64,000 nt of DNA from Phoronis australis (lineage: Eukaryota; Animalia; Phoronida), in the NCBI GenBank assembly GCA_002633005.1, contig NMRA01000188.1, positions 418,921 through 482,920 on the forward strand, read 5' to 3'. The notes beneath the pieces are model-generated. The model worked only from the letters and a program-made list of their open reading frames with translations, did no database searches and was not told the DNA's origin. Position numbers and translations under genes: made by a program. Of the stretch, positions 1 to 11,959 are shown one piece after another (within the stretch, counting starts at the first letter, position 1; each line of letters starts with the position of its first letter).

Positions 1-1130
1 CCACGCACCTTCTGGTCACGTCAATACTGGCGGTTTCGCATAATTTATACGTAAACTGCAAGATGTGATTGACGTCAATGTATGATTGACGGTTTGGATT
101 CAGCCCTGAATTGACGGTTGGTTGCTTGAACATTCAGAGACACGTCATGACAAGGCTTATGGACTTCTCTTGCACGTAAACACGTAGTGGTTTACTCAAA
201 ATGCTTTGGAAATTTTTGCTGGCACTTAAGGAAGTGTACTGCTGTACATGGAAAATGGCCTATGAGGGACCTTCCTGGTCGATACGGCTCTCGTGGCTGT
301 GGTTTGCAATAAGATTATGCAGTACTTTATCGACAAGACTGTACACTGAGAAAAATATCTAAAAAACTAAAGATTGTAACTCAGCAAAAGTATAATATAT
401 TTTCTGAAAACAGAAATTCCGTAGAATCTGATTTTTGACTTAATATCAATTTGCCATTAATTAGGTCACAGTCACATGACCATGCTTTTTAGTAAAATTT
501 AGTAAAAACAGAGGTACATTCAAAGAAAAATAACATGACCAATAAGATGACCAAATCTCGTACGATGTAAATGTTCAAGAGTACAATATCAATAACGCTG
601 TTACAGTTTTATTCAAATTTAAGCTTTCCACAAAAATCATATTTGAAGCCCTAATTTGATAGCCCCTGGAGCAAAACTGTAACACTTTAAAAAACCATTC
701 CTGTCAGCATTTTGGAGAATAGGGCATAAAGCATGATATCTGAAAGTTTTGTGTGAATCAGACCAGCCATTTCTGAGATACTGTGTTCCGAAGCTGGACA
801 AAATTGGACATTTTGAATGACCTTCTCTGGTTGACCGGTATGTATAGTATTGCGCCGGTCGATGAGTGAGCCCAAAATGTTGAAATCAAACACCTCGGAA
901 GCCCGTATAGATCTGTCATATCGACCACAATATTAATGGGATAGATTAGTTCTGCGAAATTCACTCCCTATTCATTAAATGTTCAAGAACATGAAAACTT
1001 TGGGTCAGCATTGAGCAGAGGAAAGTGGCGAAGGGGCTCAATTAGCTCGAGGCACCAAGAGAGGGGAGCTTCGCCAGACCACCAAAAATAAACAGTGAAT
1101 GTGACTTAAAGTTTCCTTTGCACTATCCGC
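1..1130 (-). promoter_or_regulatory. Upstream/promoter region of a further GPCR paralog lying just left of the window
   Basis: 1-1130 aligns by eye with 52181-53060 (5' flank of GPCR copy B). Positions 1-30 match 19431-19460, which lie just upstream of copy A's ATG. Minus-strand TATAAA at 44-49 and palindromic ATTGACGTCAAT (CRE core) at 68-79. Confidence 0.65.
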
Positions 1131-2019
1131 CCCCCTCCCCACAGGCGGGTTTGAAGTGATGGCACTGGCTTAACCACGAGGGGTACAAAGTCCATCTCCC
1201 GCTCTGAACATTTCAATTTTGTGTTTCAAAGTAGCCATCTGTTCTATGCAAGATATCCTCGCACCGGTTGCGGACAATTTCGCCCCCCCCCCCCTCCTCT
1301 CCCGTTGCCAGTGCCTAATTTGGGCTACGCCTGTGGACGAAGGAGTAAGGAGCGCAGCTCACCTCTTCCGGACTCGAGCAGAGATTCTTTTTTAGAGCGT
1401 GCGCGAACACAATTCGTTTGAAAACTGTGGTTGTGACCCGTTGCGACATTCTTGACCCACCAGTGCCTTCGGACACTACTGTTCTCCTCTGCCGTCAGAT
1501 TCGCTCGCGTGGTCGTAAATTAACCGCCTTTGAACAAGTCGTCTGTCTTCTCAGGGAAGTCATAGGCCATGTAAATGTTTACAGGTCGTTTTAGTGTAGA
1601 AACGTTGCCCCTAACGCCGTGAGTGGGGAGACGAAAAAATGTCCATGTGCCTTTCAATTCATAAGCTTACGTTCTTTGAAATTTGCAATGTTTTTGAGGA
1701 AACGCACACCAAATAGCGAGATTTTTATTAACTTCTAAGTTTTTACATTTTCCTGTACTCATGGGCGACGCAGCACTGAAAAAAGTGGGGGCTATAGCCC
1801 CCTCAATCACCTAGGCCTATGGGGTGCCGTCCATGGTACTACATCGAAGATAATGGCTGTCTTACAGTTTCCGTAAACATTTCATGTTTACGCTAGTTTG
1901 TAACTGATTGGGTGAGCAGCCAATGATTCCTTGTAAAAAATTGCCATGGCAGTTATAACATTATGTTGGGAAAGTGAGATTGTCGTGTAGTGACAAAAGT
2001 ACCCTTACGAAAAATTGCA

Positions 2020-2260
2020 ATAGGATTTCCTTTTGATTTCCTATAGGAATCCAATTAGATTTTGGCCCAATATCTTATAGAATTCTTGCAGGATCCTACA
2101 GGATTTCCTATTGGATCCTATAGGATTTCCTTTTGGATCCTACAGGAAATGCAATAGGATCTTACAGGATTTCCTATTGGATCCTATAGGAATCTTTTAG
2201 GATATCCTATAGGAAACCCTATAGGAAGTCTTATAAGATTTTTAAGAAATCCATAAGGAT
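2020..2260. repeat. Tandem array of palindromic TCCTATAGGA-like units
   Basis: Repeated ggatcctataggatttcc variants with about 10-11 bp period. Confidence 0.85.
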
Positions 2261-4070
2261 TTCCCATCATGACATTTCCAATGCATACATAATACAAAAA
2301 ACAACAGTGTTCTCAACAAAAGAAATTCTTTGGAAACTTTCTTCTGGACCACACGCAACCTCAAAGCTCTACAGCAGTCTACTCTGTTCTTAAACAAGGT
2401 CTACAGCAGGATATCTATATATGTTACAAACGGTGCACTAAACTGGGGCTACAAGAGACTTGTGTGTTCTTTTTTGCTTTTTCAAAACATCTTAAAGTAA
2501 CGTAATATTTATATCCTGGATGCTATAGGCGTTTTATGCTCCCACATATTGATGTGTGGGTGCATATTGCCGTCATCTCTGTCTGGGCGTCCGGCGTCCT
2601 GCGTCCGCTGCTCTATCTCCTAAACCCCCTGCAGGATGTTATTGAAATTTGGCTGGTGTGTTCCTATGGGGTTGATGACAGAGGACGCCGAGTTTTGGAC
2701 CGACCTGAATACCGCTGTGCCCCTTAGTGGCAATTTTTTTTTAAAGTTTGCCTCTGTTTCTTCAAAGGTCCTCAACCAGTTTTCACGAAATTTGGCAAAT
2801 AGGCATCTATTAATGAGATGACGCCATCCTTTCGTTTCCGAGTGGGTTCGAGGTATTTTGCGCCATCCAGTGGCCATTTTTAGTATTTTCGATTCCGGTT
2901 TTTTGGCGTCCGCCCCTCTGTCAACCAAACGACTCTAAGGATGATTGCGAAAATTGGCATGTATGTTTTTGCTATGAAGCGGATGGTTGACGATGATTTT
3001 CCGACGACTTCTACTACTGTGACGCCCCTTAGTGGCAATTTTGTTTCCTTTGCGCCCATGGCTGTATTTCCTAAACGCTCCACAGGATCTTAATTAAATG
3101 CAGCAAATATGTTTATATGAAGGTGTCAACGAACGACGACGACTTTCAGACAGATCGGACAACAGGTTCGCCCCCTGGTGGCAATTTTAGTTTTTTTAAG
3201 TTTACCTCTGTATCTTCAAAAAGTCGTCGATGGTTTTCCGTAAAATTTGGCACAAAGACATCTATTACTGAGATGACGCTATTCTCTTGTTCTGGGATGG
3301 ATTGGAGGTATTTTGCGCCACCTAGTGGCCATTTTTACTGTTTTCAAGTCTGTTTTTTTGGCGTCCGTCCCTCCATCACCCAAACCACTCAAAGGATGAT
3401 TGTGAAAATGGGGCTATTTGGAAAACTTACATTAACTAGAGGGCGCGCGTGTAATAGTGGTGATAGTTTAAGCAGCTTCGATTTTGAGAACCCTTTAAAT
3501 ACATGGTGAAATGGCTTGCAGCCGTGTCAACTGAATCTGAGATTGCGTGAAAAGGGTCTTCCTATAAGAGGAAGTAAGCACGACCTTATACAAAGGTAAG
3601 GTTTGTGATTATTTTAGCGATTATTCCATGTTTATTCTACTGATGCATGTTAACTGATGTATTCGCTGATGTCGACTTCGCGGTAGTCGCCAGTCTAGTT
3701 AATCTTTGTTTGTTGTGATGTGTTTTACGAATACGATGCTTGACGTAGCAATTGGGTCTTTTTGTACATCAAAACAGTATTACTGTTTGAATGATTTCTA
3801 ACAGGTTTATCAGTGACAGTTACATCAATCAATGCTGAATGTTTATGCTGTGAACTCATATTGGCTACTGAGTTAAGATTACATGTACAATCCAAGCCCA
3901 GTGGCAAAGGGTACGTGAAAAATATCCAATAGACTATTTGTTTACCCCCTATCCTTTACCCCTATCCTATGCCTTCCGGTAATCTATTACACGTTGAAAT
4001 GGAATTTATGTCTGTTTTCACGTGACCTTTGGTTTTTAGGTTTGAGGGCTTGTACCGTGCAGAGGAGATA

Positions 4071-4473
4071 CAGTACAGCCACTGAATTATTAGACTCTCT
4101 CCGGTGTCTCTCCGGTGTAGCCACCCGTGACCGTAACCGGAGACAGACCGGAGAGTGAGGCGTGAATCAACCGTGACAGCTGGCGTGAGCCTAAGCGTGC
4201 CTGTATCCGGAGCTTACCGTGAGTTAGGCGTGAGCGAAGCTCGAGCCAGCCGTGAGCCAGCTAGGCGTGAGTTTACCTGCATCGCAGATGAAAAAGTAAT
4301 TTATTAAAATTATATCAGTAACTAGCAGTGATGTGTGTATTGTCATAGACTTTTGCTCATGTGAGGTTTATTTTTGTTGAAATCGTCACGAGCAGTAAAA
4401 GACCAAAATTTCCGTCTCAAATCTTAAGTCACTTCACGAAACAGACCTGTGGACTTTACTTTTCACTTATGTA

Positions 4474-4520
<47 letters not shown>

Positions 4521-5524
4521 AACTAATAAAGAATCTTAACACGCGTGTACATGGCGGAATTATTCAATTGCCTTCACGATATGAAGGAGCATAGCATGTC
4601 AATTCTGAGTACATTGATCCCAAGTTCCAGCATCATGCGGAGAAAACTTATCGCGCCCATGCATTTGACGAGTCAAACAGATGACCGCTATTGTTATTTT
4701 AGTGAAGAATTACCCCGGGGATACCGTGTACTCAGTCGGAACGCATGTACTACGGGGAGGGGGCTACAAATAATTGAACTGCACTACGGATTGAGGACTT
4801 TTAAGTCAAAACATTTGCTTGCAGTAAGGGATGGGTATGTCAGAAGGGCGGCCTATTGAAATTTTCTGTACGCCAGTACGGTGCAAAAATTTACAGAGTG
4901 ACACAATACCTCACAAGAAGCGTAGGCTATTTTCATGGCGAATAACTATATCCACCTGTGGCAAGTTTCAAAGAGTCCACAGCCATGTGAAGATGACTCT
5001 GGACACTGCGTCGCGTTCATTCGTATTTACTAACCGTGGTTACTGTACATGTATGTCGTTGATGGGACTGGCTCTTAAGTAGTAAATTGAACATGTACAT
5101 GTACATGTAAGTGTAACACAAGACGAGCTGAAGGAAGACTTTTGTATGAACAGAGTTAGTCGGAACCCAAGTGTGATAGATTACTGCTTGCAAAGATACT
5201 CTATACAGTGTAATATACTATAATGTCTTTGCAACTTGACCGAAAAGACAGACAATCAAGACGTCACATGTATTTTTACTGGTTAGCCCGGTGCCCGACC
5301 ATGGTTACGACAGCTACCAAAGGCGTGAAGAAAGCGTGAGGTAAGCGTTAACGAGGCGTGAGGAAGGCGTTAACTAAACCGGAGGTATAAGTATGAGGAC
5401 TACCCGGAGAGTAGGCGTGAGGCGAACGTGACTGATTTCTGTCACGCCTGCGTTCCGGTTGCTCTCCGGACTGGCCAGGCGTGAGGTAGCCCGGACGAAA
5501 TCTAAAAATTCAGTGGCTGTACTG
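4071..5524. mobile_element. TA-flanked non-autonomous TIR element with GGCGTGAG subterminal repeats, nested in ISL2EU
   Basis: About 30 bp TIR CAGTACAGCCACTGAATT.TTAGA at both ends, TA on both sides (4069-4070, 5525-5526), and multiple GCGTGAG copies near each end. Confidence 0.8.
4478..4520. repeat. (TA)n microsatellite
   Basis: Direct reading of the sequence. Confidence 0.95.
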
Positions 5525-6899
5525 TATGCATCGCTTCTGCACCGTCCCTGAATGGACAAAAATTGGTTTTCAGCAGTTGACTGCAGTTTACCAGCAAGAT
5601 CTTCCCATCCAGTGCAGATCTGTTGTCAAAGCCTACTTTATATATCGGAGACAAAGAACAAAACCTTTGAAAAAGGGACAGCTATTTTTAAAGAAAGGTA
5701 TGTAAGTCGTTTTATTAATTTACTTATGCAGGTCTTTAGCGAGGGTTGGCATAGGGGGTTGGGGTTGTAAAATTTGGTGCAACTGAATGTGTGGAAATAA
5801 CAGGTAATAGGTTCTTGGGGGAAGAGCATGGTGAGGCAATTCTTAACCTTCATGAAGTTCCTTCAAGTTTATTTCATGTAACTGTTTTGCTATCAATTGT
5901 AAACCCATAAAAATATATTACATTTTCTGAATTCTCAATGACTGAATAGTCTTAACTCATGCCTTGAAATGTTGCAAGGGTTTATAAATTCAAATGACTG
6001 CCATTTTCGTGAAAATTGCATTATTTGATGGTGCCTTAAGATTTGTAATTACTCTTAAACATCAGAAAGATTATCCATCATTTTTAAATGACCAAGTCTT
6101 CATATCTTCTATTAGAAGGAACATAAAAAAGTCTGAGAAACTGTTCCCTCAGCCTTAGACCAGAAGTATGCTTGACAGACCCATGAATCTGCAATCGGGG
6201 TTTAAAATTGCTGAAAGTGTCAAAAATAAAAAGGCTTGAAAATGAGTAACAAAGGTTTGAGCTTGATTGAAATAACTTGCATATTTTTAAAGACTTGTTA
6301 AGGCTACGAATGAAAAATAAAGACACTTTTATACAATACTTATTATATACACCCTTGCTCTATGGAAATTGTAATTATTTAATTTTGTGTGAAATTGTAG
6401 AGCATTCACTATATCATATTTTTGAAAAACAGGGGTAGCATTTTTTACCCAAGCTGGAGTACTTGATTATTCATATTTCAAAATTTGTTTTAGGTTCAGT
6501 GACATATTAGGGCCATTTCAAACCGCAACAGACAGGCTTTGTTACTCCTTTCTCTTCCCACAGCATTTCAACACACCAGCAGTGCTGCATGGCACAATGC
6601 ACAAGTCAGTGGCCCTGGAGAAATGTGAATAGCAGTACTAAGTTACAATAAGACAATGTGCCAGTGGATTGTTTGTGTTTGAAGACGAACTATATCTGAC
6701 TGCTACACAAGTCAGCCTCGTTGTTGAGTATGCCCTTTTATGAGCAATGAGTCTTGTGTGGACAACAATGGCTTATTTCATTTCCTGAAGCTAAAGAAGA
6801 CCTAGTGACACTCTGGTCTAGTTCAGGGTCAGATTTTGGGCACAGAACGAGTCACGTGATTAGCTGTTGTGTTTACCTCCAAGGATCTAATTGTGGATG

Positions 6900-8645
6900 T
6901 TATTGAGGCTGAATGAGGTTAGGCCTACATGAAGGAAACTGGACCTTTTTAAAAGTGCTTCTATAGGTCACTGCAACTAGATCCCGGTGACATGAAAACC
7001 AAAAGCATCAGATCTGGTAAAAATACCTATCCTTTCTGACTGACTGACATTAACTTTTCCTTGCAGAAGGCTTTATATTAATGGTAAAAACGTTTCAATA
7101 TGGTACACATTATGGGGAAATGACATTCCGTGATTACATAGATTGTCTTATTCTCAGTAAAAAGCCCGTTAATGTTACACTTTGATGATTGAATAAAATT
7201 TTCAACAACAGGCAAGTTTGTCACTCATTATTGAAACCACAATATTTCTTTAGTTTTGAAGCTCCATACAGTGCAGTTGTGTTGATTCTTTATAAATCTG
7301 AAATTATTACCGATTACGCTTGCGAACTGTCATTTTCCTGTTGACCTGTAGAAATGTGCAGCGATAAAAATAAAGTTTTCCCTGTGTTTGCATTTGATGT
7401 GTTTGTGTGTGTAATTATTTTTAGAGCTTTGTTAAGAAGGCCTTTAAACAATTTTAAGTTTTGTGTCAGCTTGTCTACAAAAAAGTTCCACATGCAAGAA
7501 AAGTATGTTTTCAATTGTAGCTAGCTGGATAAGAATCTGCTATGCACAAGATTCGAAAATAAACTATTTTCAGTGTATTTAAAAACAAAATGGCAAACTG
7601 AACAACCACATACATACAAAGAAACAACATTGTTAAAAACAACTGTAATTTATCTAATGCAACGGAGTCTATAACCAGGCATATCAAGGGCTGACTTTCT
7701 GAATTAGGTTCAATTCTTTCAGGTCATTGCTCAAGGATTGCTTTTCACTTTGTCCAAAGGTAACTTAGATGAACAGGTGGCTGGTTTTAGTCGTTTTCTT
7801 TCACCTGTAACAAAATAGTCAGAGAAATATTAGCAAATTATAAAAGAAAACAAGACAAAACTACTTTTGTAAGGCAGAACATACATGACGTTTCATCTTC
7901 ATGTTTACATGTAGAAACTAATATTCTTTGTACCAAGTCTTATTTAAGATCTCAATTAAAATATGTGAAACAGGCTAAAAGTGATTTAACAATGTGTAGT
8001 GTTCACGACACCTAAAATGTGTTTCTGATCTTGTCAAATAAAATTCATTCTAGGTGTCACTTTTTATTCCATTGCAATATTACGACATTTATTGAATAGC
8101 TTATTCATGTTAATTTGGTAACTAATCTGGTAGTCATGGGGGTGGAGTCCGCTATAAAATAAGGAAACTCACTCATCTAGAGAATTTTATTGGACATAGC
8201 ATAGTTTTGAAGAGAAACTGCTGTGAAAAAGTCACCCTTGACCTATGAGCGTCACGTACCATGCACCTCTTACAAAGGTATATTGGGCGCACTCCCACCC
8301 AGGGCAATGTGAATATGTGCTGCTAGCCTACCATCCGGGTCAAGGGTGAGTTTCCAAAAAAGACACTTAGTTCCACTGAATAAACCCGTTATTCAGTGGG
8401 GTAACTGGTGGGGATAACATCACCGAACGTTGTCGGTAGAAACTGGTAGCTAAAAACTTACTGAGTAACGTTATGTAGTCTCTCAATGGAAATGCTTAGA
8501 GCACACTATGAGGCTTCGGCATCCACAAATCTTCTGTCAGTTGGTTGACCCTTTGACCGCAATTCTCCACACCTGTAGTAACCTTAGGTCTTTTGGGAAT
8601 TTGTGACCACCTGTCGAAGACTTGCACATGGGAAAATAGCAATAA
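6900..8645 (-). pseudogene. Remnant THAP-domain transposase of ISL2EU; no DDE core recognised
   Basis: 8645->8489 reads across frameshifts YCYFPMCKSSTGGHKFPKDLRLLQVWRIAVK..WMPKPH.VCSKHF (THAP C2CH pattern). KLKKYCGF near 7250 weakly resembles the region before HTH_Tnp_4. Confidence 0.7.
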
Positions 8646-9884
8646 TAAGGCTGAGCGCGACGACGTATTTTGATAACAATTCCGTCTTTTTACCAGCTGT
8701 TTACAAACAAAGACGCATGCGCATTTCAATCACCACTAGTACAGCAGCGACACCACGAGGAGAATTCTCCAAATAGCTCCATTGGCATGTATGTTCTTAC
8801 TATAAAGAGGATGATTGACGATGTTTTTCCAATGACTTCGACTACTGTGGCGCCTGCTAGTAGCAATTTTCTTTCACCCAGGCTTACCTGTATCTCCTAA
8901 GCCCTATGCAGGATCTTTATTAAATTTAACACGTGTATTTATATGAAATTAACAACGACTTTCAGATGGGTCCGACTAAAACTGCCCCCTGGTGTCAACT
9001 TCATTTTTTTCTCTGATGAAGTTTTTCGACGAATTTTCATGAAATTTGTTAAATAACTTTCTTGTAAAGAAACGGTGACATTTACCTGTTTTCGGACAGA
9101 TTCGAAGTATTTTGCTCCATCTAGTGGCCATTTTTACTGTTTTCTAATCTGTTTTTGGCGTCCACACTCTGTCAACCAAACCACTCTTAGGATGTTTGTG
9201 AAAATTGGCTTATGTACCGTTAGCGTGAAGAGGACGGTTGGCGCCTCCTAGTGGCATTTTTCGCCCTTAGCTCTATCGCCTAAACCCTCTACAGAATGTT
9301 TATTAAATTTAGCAAGTGTATTTCTATGGCGTTGACAACGGAAGACGACAACTTTCAGACGGATCCGATAACTGCTTTGTCCCCTAGCGGCAATTTTATT
9401 TTTTCCGTTTTGCTAAAGTTTCTTGACGGATTTTCATGAAATGTGGTTAATAGCATTCTGTAAAAAAACTGTGACAATTTTTTTGATGGATTTGAAGTAT
9501 TTTGCACTAGTGGCCATTTTTATGATACTAATAAACAACCTAGAAGCACACCGTTTGCAGTACATTCGTGGGCGCATTTCAACGCCCCGCGTTGCTCTTC
9601 TATATGTTGTTCTCTGATAGTCAAAGCTGTAAGATTATGTCAAGTGTTTTAATTGCTGCAAAGATAACTGTTCATTGAATCACCTTTCAGTGACACCTGT
9701 TGTCCAGTTCAGAAACTGTCCATTTTAGCCACTAAGCCATACACATAATCCAAATGTTTCCTTAGACGTTTAGACACAACAATATATTTTACAACACTAG
9801 AAATGAAACAGCTATAATGGAAGCTATTTAGTTTTCCCTTTTGTGTTATGTTTTAAGACAATTTCATATACTGGAAGTTAAGTA

Positions 9885-10345
9885 AGATTCTATAGGAAGT
9901 TCAATAGGTTTCTATAGGAAGATCAATAGGATTCTATAGGAAGTTCATGTAGAATCCTATTGAACTTCCGATGTGATCCTATTGAATTTCAATGGGATTC
10001 TAAAGGAAGTTTAATAAAATTCTTTATGAAGTTTAATAGGATCTTATAGGACGTTCAATAGGATCCTATAGGAAATCCTATAGGATCCTGTAGGATTTCC
10101 TATTGGATCCTATATCATTTCCTATTGGATCCTTTTGGGTTTCCTAATGGAACCTATAGGATTCCCTATTGGACACTATAGGATTTCGTATTGGGTCCTA
10201 TAGGATTTTCTATAGCATCAAACAGGAAATCCTTTATGATTTCCTATAGGATTCTACAGAAATCCTTTAGGATATACTATAGAAAACACTATAGGAATTA
10301 TTATAAGACTTTAAGAATAGGTAGTTCAATAGGATTTTATAAGAA
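9885..10345. repeat. Second TCCTATAGGA / GGAAGTTCAATAGG tandem array
   Basis: Same unit as 2020-2260. A degenerate TIR-like end may follow near 10400-10420. Confidence 0.85.
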
Positions 10346-11959
10346 GTTCAGTAGAATTCATCGAAAATTGGCGTCCAATTTCACTATTGAATATTGGATT
10401 TTTCTCTGAATTTTTTGTACAAGCAGAAGACTCCGAGACGCATATTTTATAAAGAAACAAATTTGTACATAATATTCTGTGAAATAGTCATTACTGGAAC
10501 TATCTCAATTTTACATCTAGAGAAAAATTAAAAACATTCAAGTGCACTTTTTTCCAACGCATAGTTAATTCATTATTCATTTCAGAAATCCATTTAACCT
10601 ATGAGATCGGTTTTATCTTCATATTACAAAATATAACAAACATTGATCTACACTCTTTTTTATTTTTTGTTATTTGATTTGACTTCCAGACTATGTGGGA
10701 GACGAAATGATTTATTGAACTACGTAATAAAGTATTCCATAAGCTGTTATTAAGTGCTAAGTCCTAGTTCACTGATTACTTTAGGGAATCGAAAAAAGTG
10801 AAGACGTTAAAAGAGAATGCCACCCAAAAACAACCCATTTTGTTTCAATTTAGATCGAGTAGTTCCACTCCATGACAGCAAGTGCAACTCTTTTACCTGA
10901 CACCTGACGGCAGACAGAGGTTTGGAAATTAACGAATGACGTCAGAGATTCAAATGCAGTCTGTTCAGCAGTTCCCAACACGCTTACTGGTGTCAGCTTA
11001 TCGCTTGAATTCATCGTTTTACACCAATAAATCATCAAAATTCGATGTAAAACTCTTACAAATACGTCGAGTTATTAAACAAACGTGTTATTTTATTTCG
11101 CTGTTACAGATTTTTAAATATTTGAACGTACCGTAGCCTACGAAGTTCGGTATGCCAATTTACCGTAAGGTCAATCGCAGAAGTTTGGGGTCTGTTTGGT
11201 GATAAATTCAAATTATTCGTCCGTGAAATACAGACAGGAGAACATAGCTGCGTGTTATAATTTTAGTTCTAAACACGCAAAACGTTTGCTGTCCCGGCCA
11301 GTGCTCGGAACCCGATCAGGTCAATCGTGGCGGACTGAAGAAATCACGAACATAAACCATCCAAAGTTGGAAACTAAACTTCCAGTCACGAAAAGACTAC
11401 CCTAGTGAGACAAAGAGAAAATGTGCACGCTGACCTTTTTGGTGAATTAACCCCAAAACTGCAAATCTATTTACTCGCTCGTCGGGGGCCGCGAAGTCAG
11501 GTTACCTTCCACAGAACCGTCAGGGCCATAGTTGTACAGTTAATTCGAATAATGCATATGAATATCTAAATAAAGATTCCCCTAACATTTGACCATGGGA
11601 TTCAAAATGGAGTTATTGTTTCACAACAGCTTTCTTTCAGCAAACACTGAATTAGCATGAGCTCACACGGCCTCGGTGCTCGGTCAATTAGCTGTTTTTT
11701 CACTCACGAACACTTCAAGGCATTACAAATTGTATCTAATGAGACAGACTTTGTTTCAGTTTTATATTAGCATTGGTTAAGGTTATACAGAATTGGTTAA
11801 ACGCACGACACTTTTCATTGTTCACAGTCTTTATTCCGTTACGTTCGTACTTTCGGAACAAAACTCTGCTCTCAAGTGAACATAGATAAAGTAACTGACC
11901 TAGCGACATAGTTAAAAGACACACGATATTTCGAAACATACTTGTTTCATTCTCAAGTC

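Larger units (their letters stand above)
3510..6730 (+). pseudogene. Degraded intron-containing SAP + YqaJ (lambda-exonuclease-like) gene, ISL2EU ORF2
   Basis: 3510-3595 translates as LQPCQLNLRLREKGLPIRGSKHDLIQR (SAP-like), followed by a GTAAG donor. After the acceptor at 6563 it reads HFNTPAVLHGTMHKSVALEKCE*..CASGLFVFEDELYLTAT, matching the YqaJ pattern HG...E..A...CGLFV....L.ASPD. Contains stops. Confidence 0.7.
3410..8780. mobile_element. Decayed ISL2EU (PIF/Harbinger-related) DNA transposon
   Basis: TIRs GGGGCTATTTGGAAAA and TTCTCCAAATAGCTCC, with AT duplicated at 3408-3409 and 8781-8782. The empty site GAAAATTGGCATGTATG is preserved in the neighbouring repeat unit near 2949. Contains convergent THAP (minus) and SAP/YqaJ (plus) gene remnants. 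Confidence 0.85.
2532..9600 (+). mobile_element. Non-autonomous Helentron-type (HINE/DINE-1-like) element with internal ~450 bp tandem repeats, split by the ISL2EU insertion
   Basis: 5' inverted repeat ATGCTCCCACA/TGTGGGTGCAT (2536-2565), then a GTCY-type microsatellite. Repeat units start near 2611, 3062, 8888 and 9272. 3' subTIR GTGGGCGCAT (9568-9577) and terminal hairpin CAACGC-CCC-GCGTTG (9580-9594). Confidence 0.75.

Noticed and set aside
2536-3509. ORFs of 61-130 aa in the tandem repeat
   Set aside because: Chance frames within the Helentron-type repeat units.
9885-10345. Palindromic repeats as a CRISPR array
   Set aside because: No unique spacers, degenerate 10-11 bp units, eukaryotic context and no cas genes.
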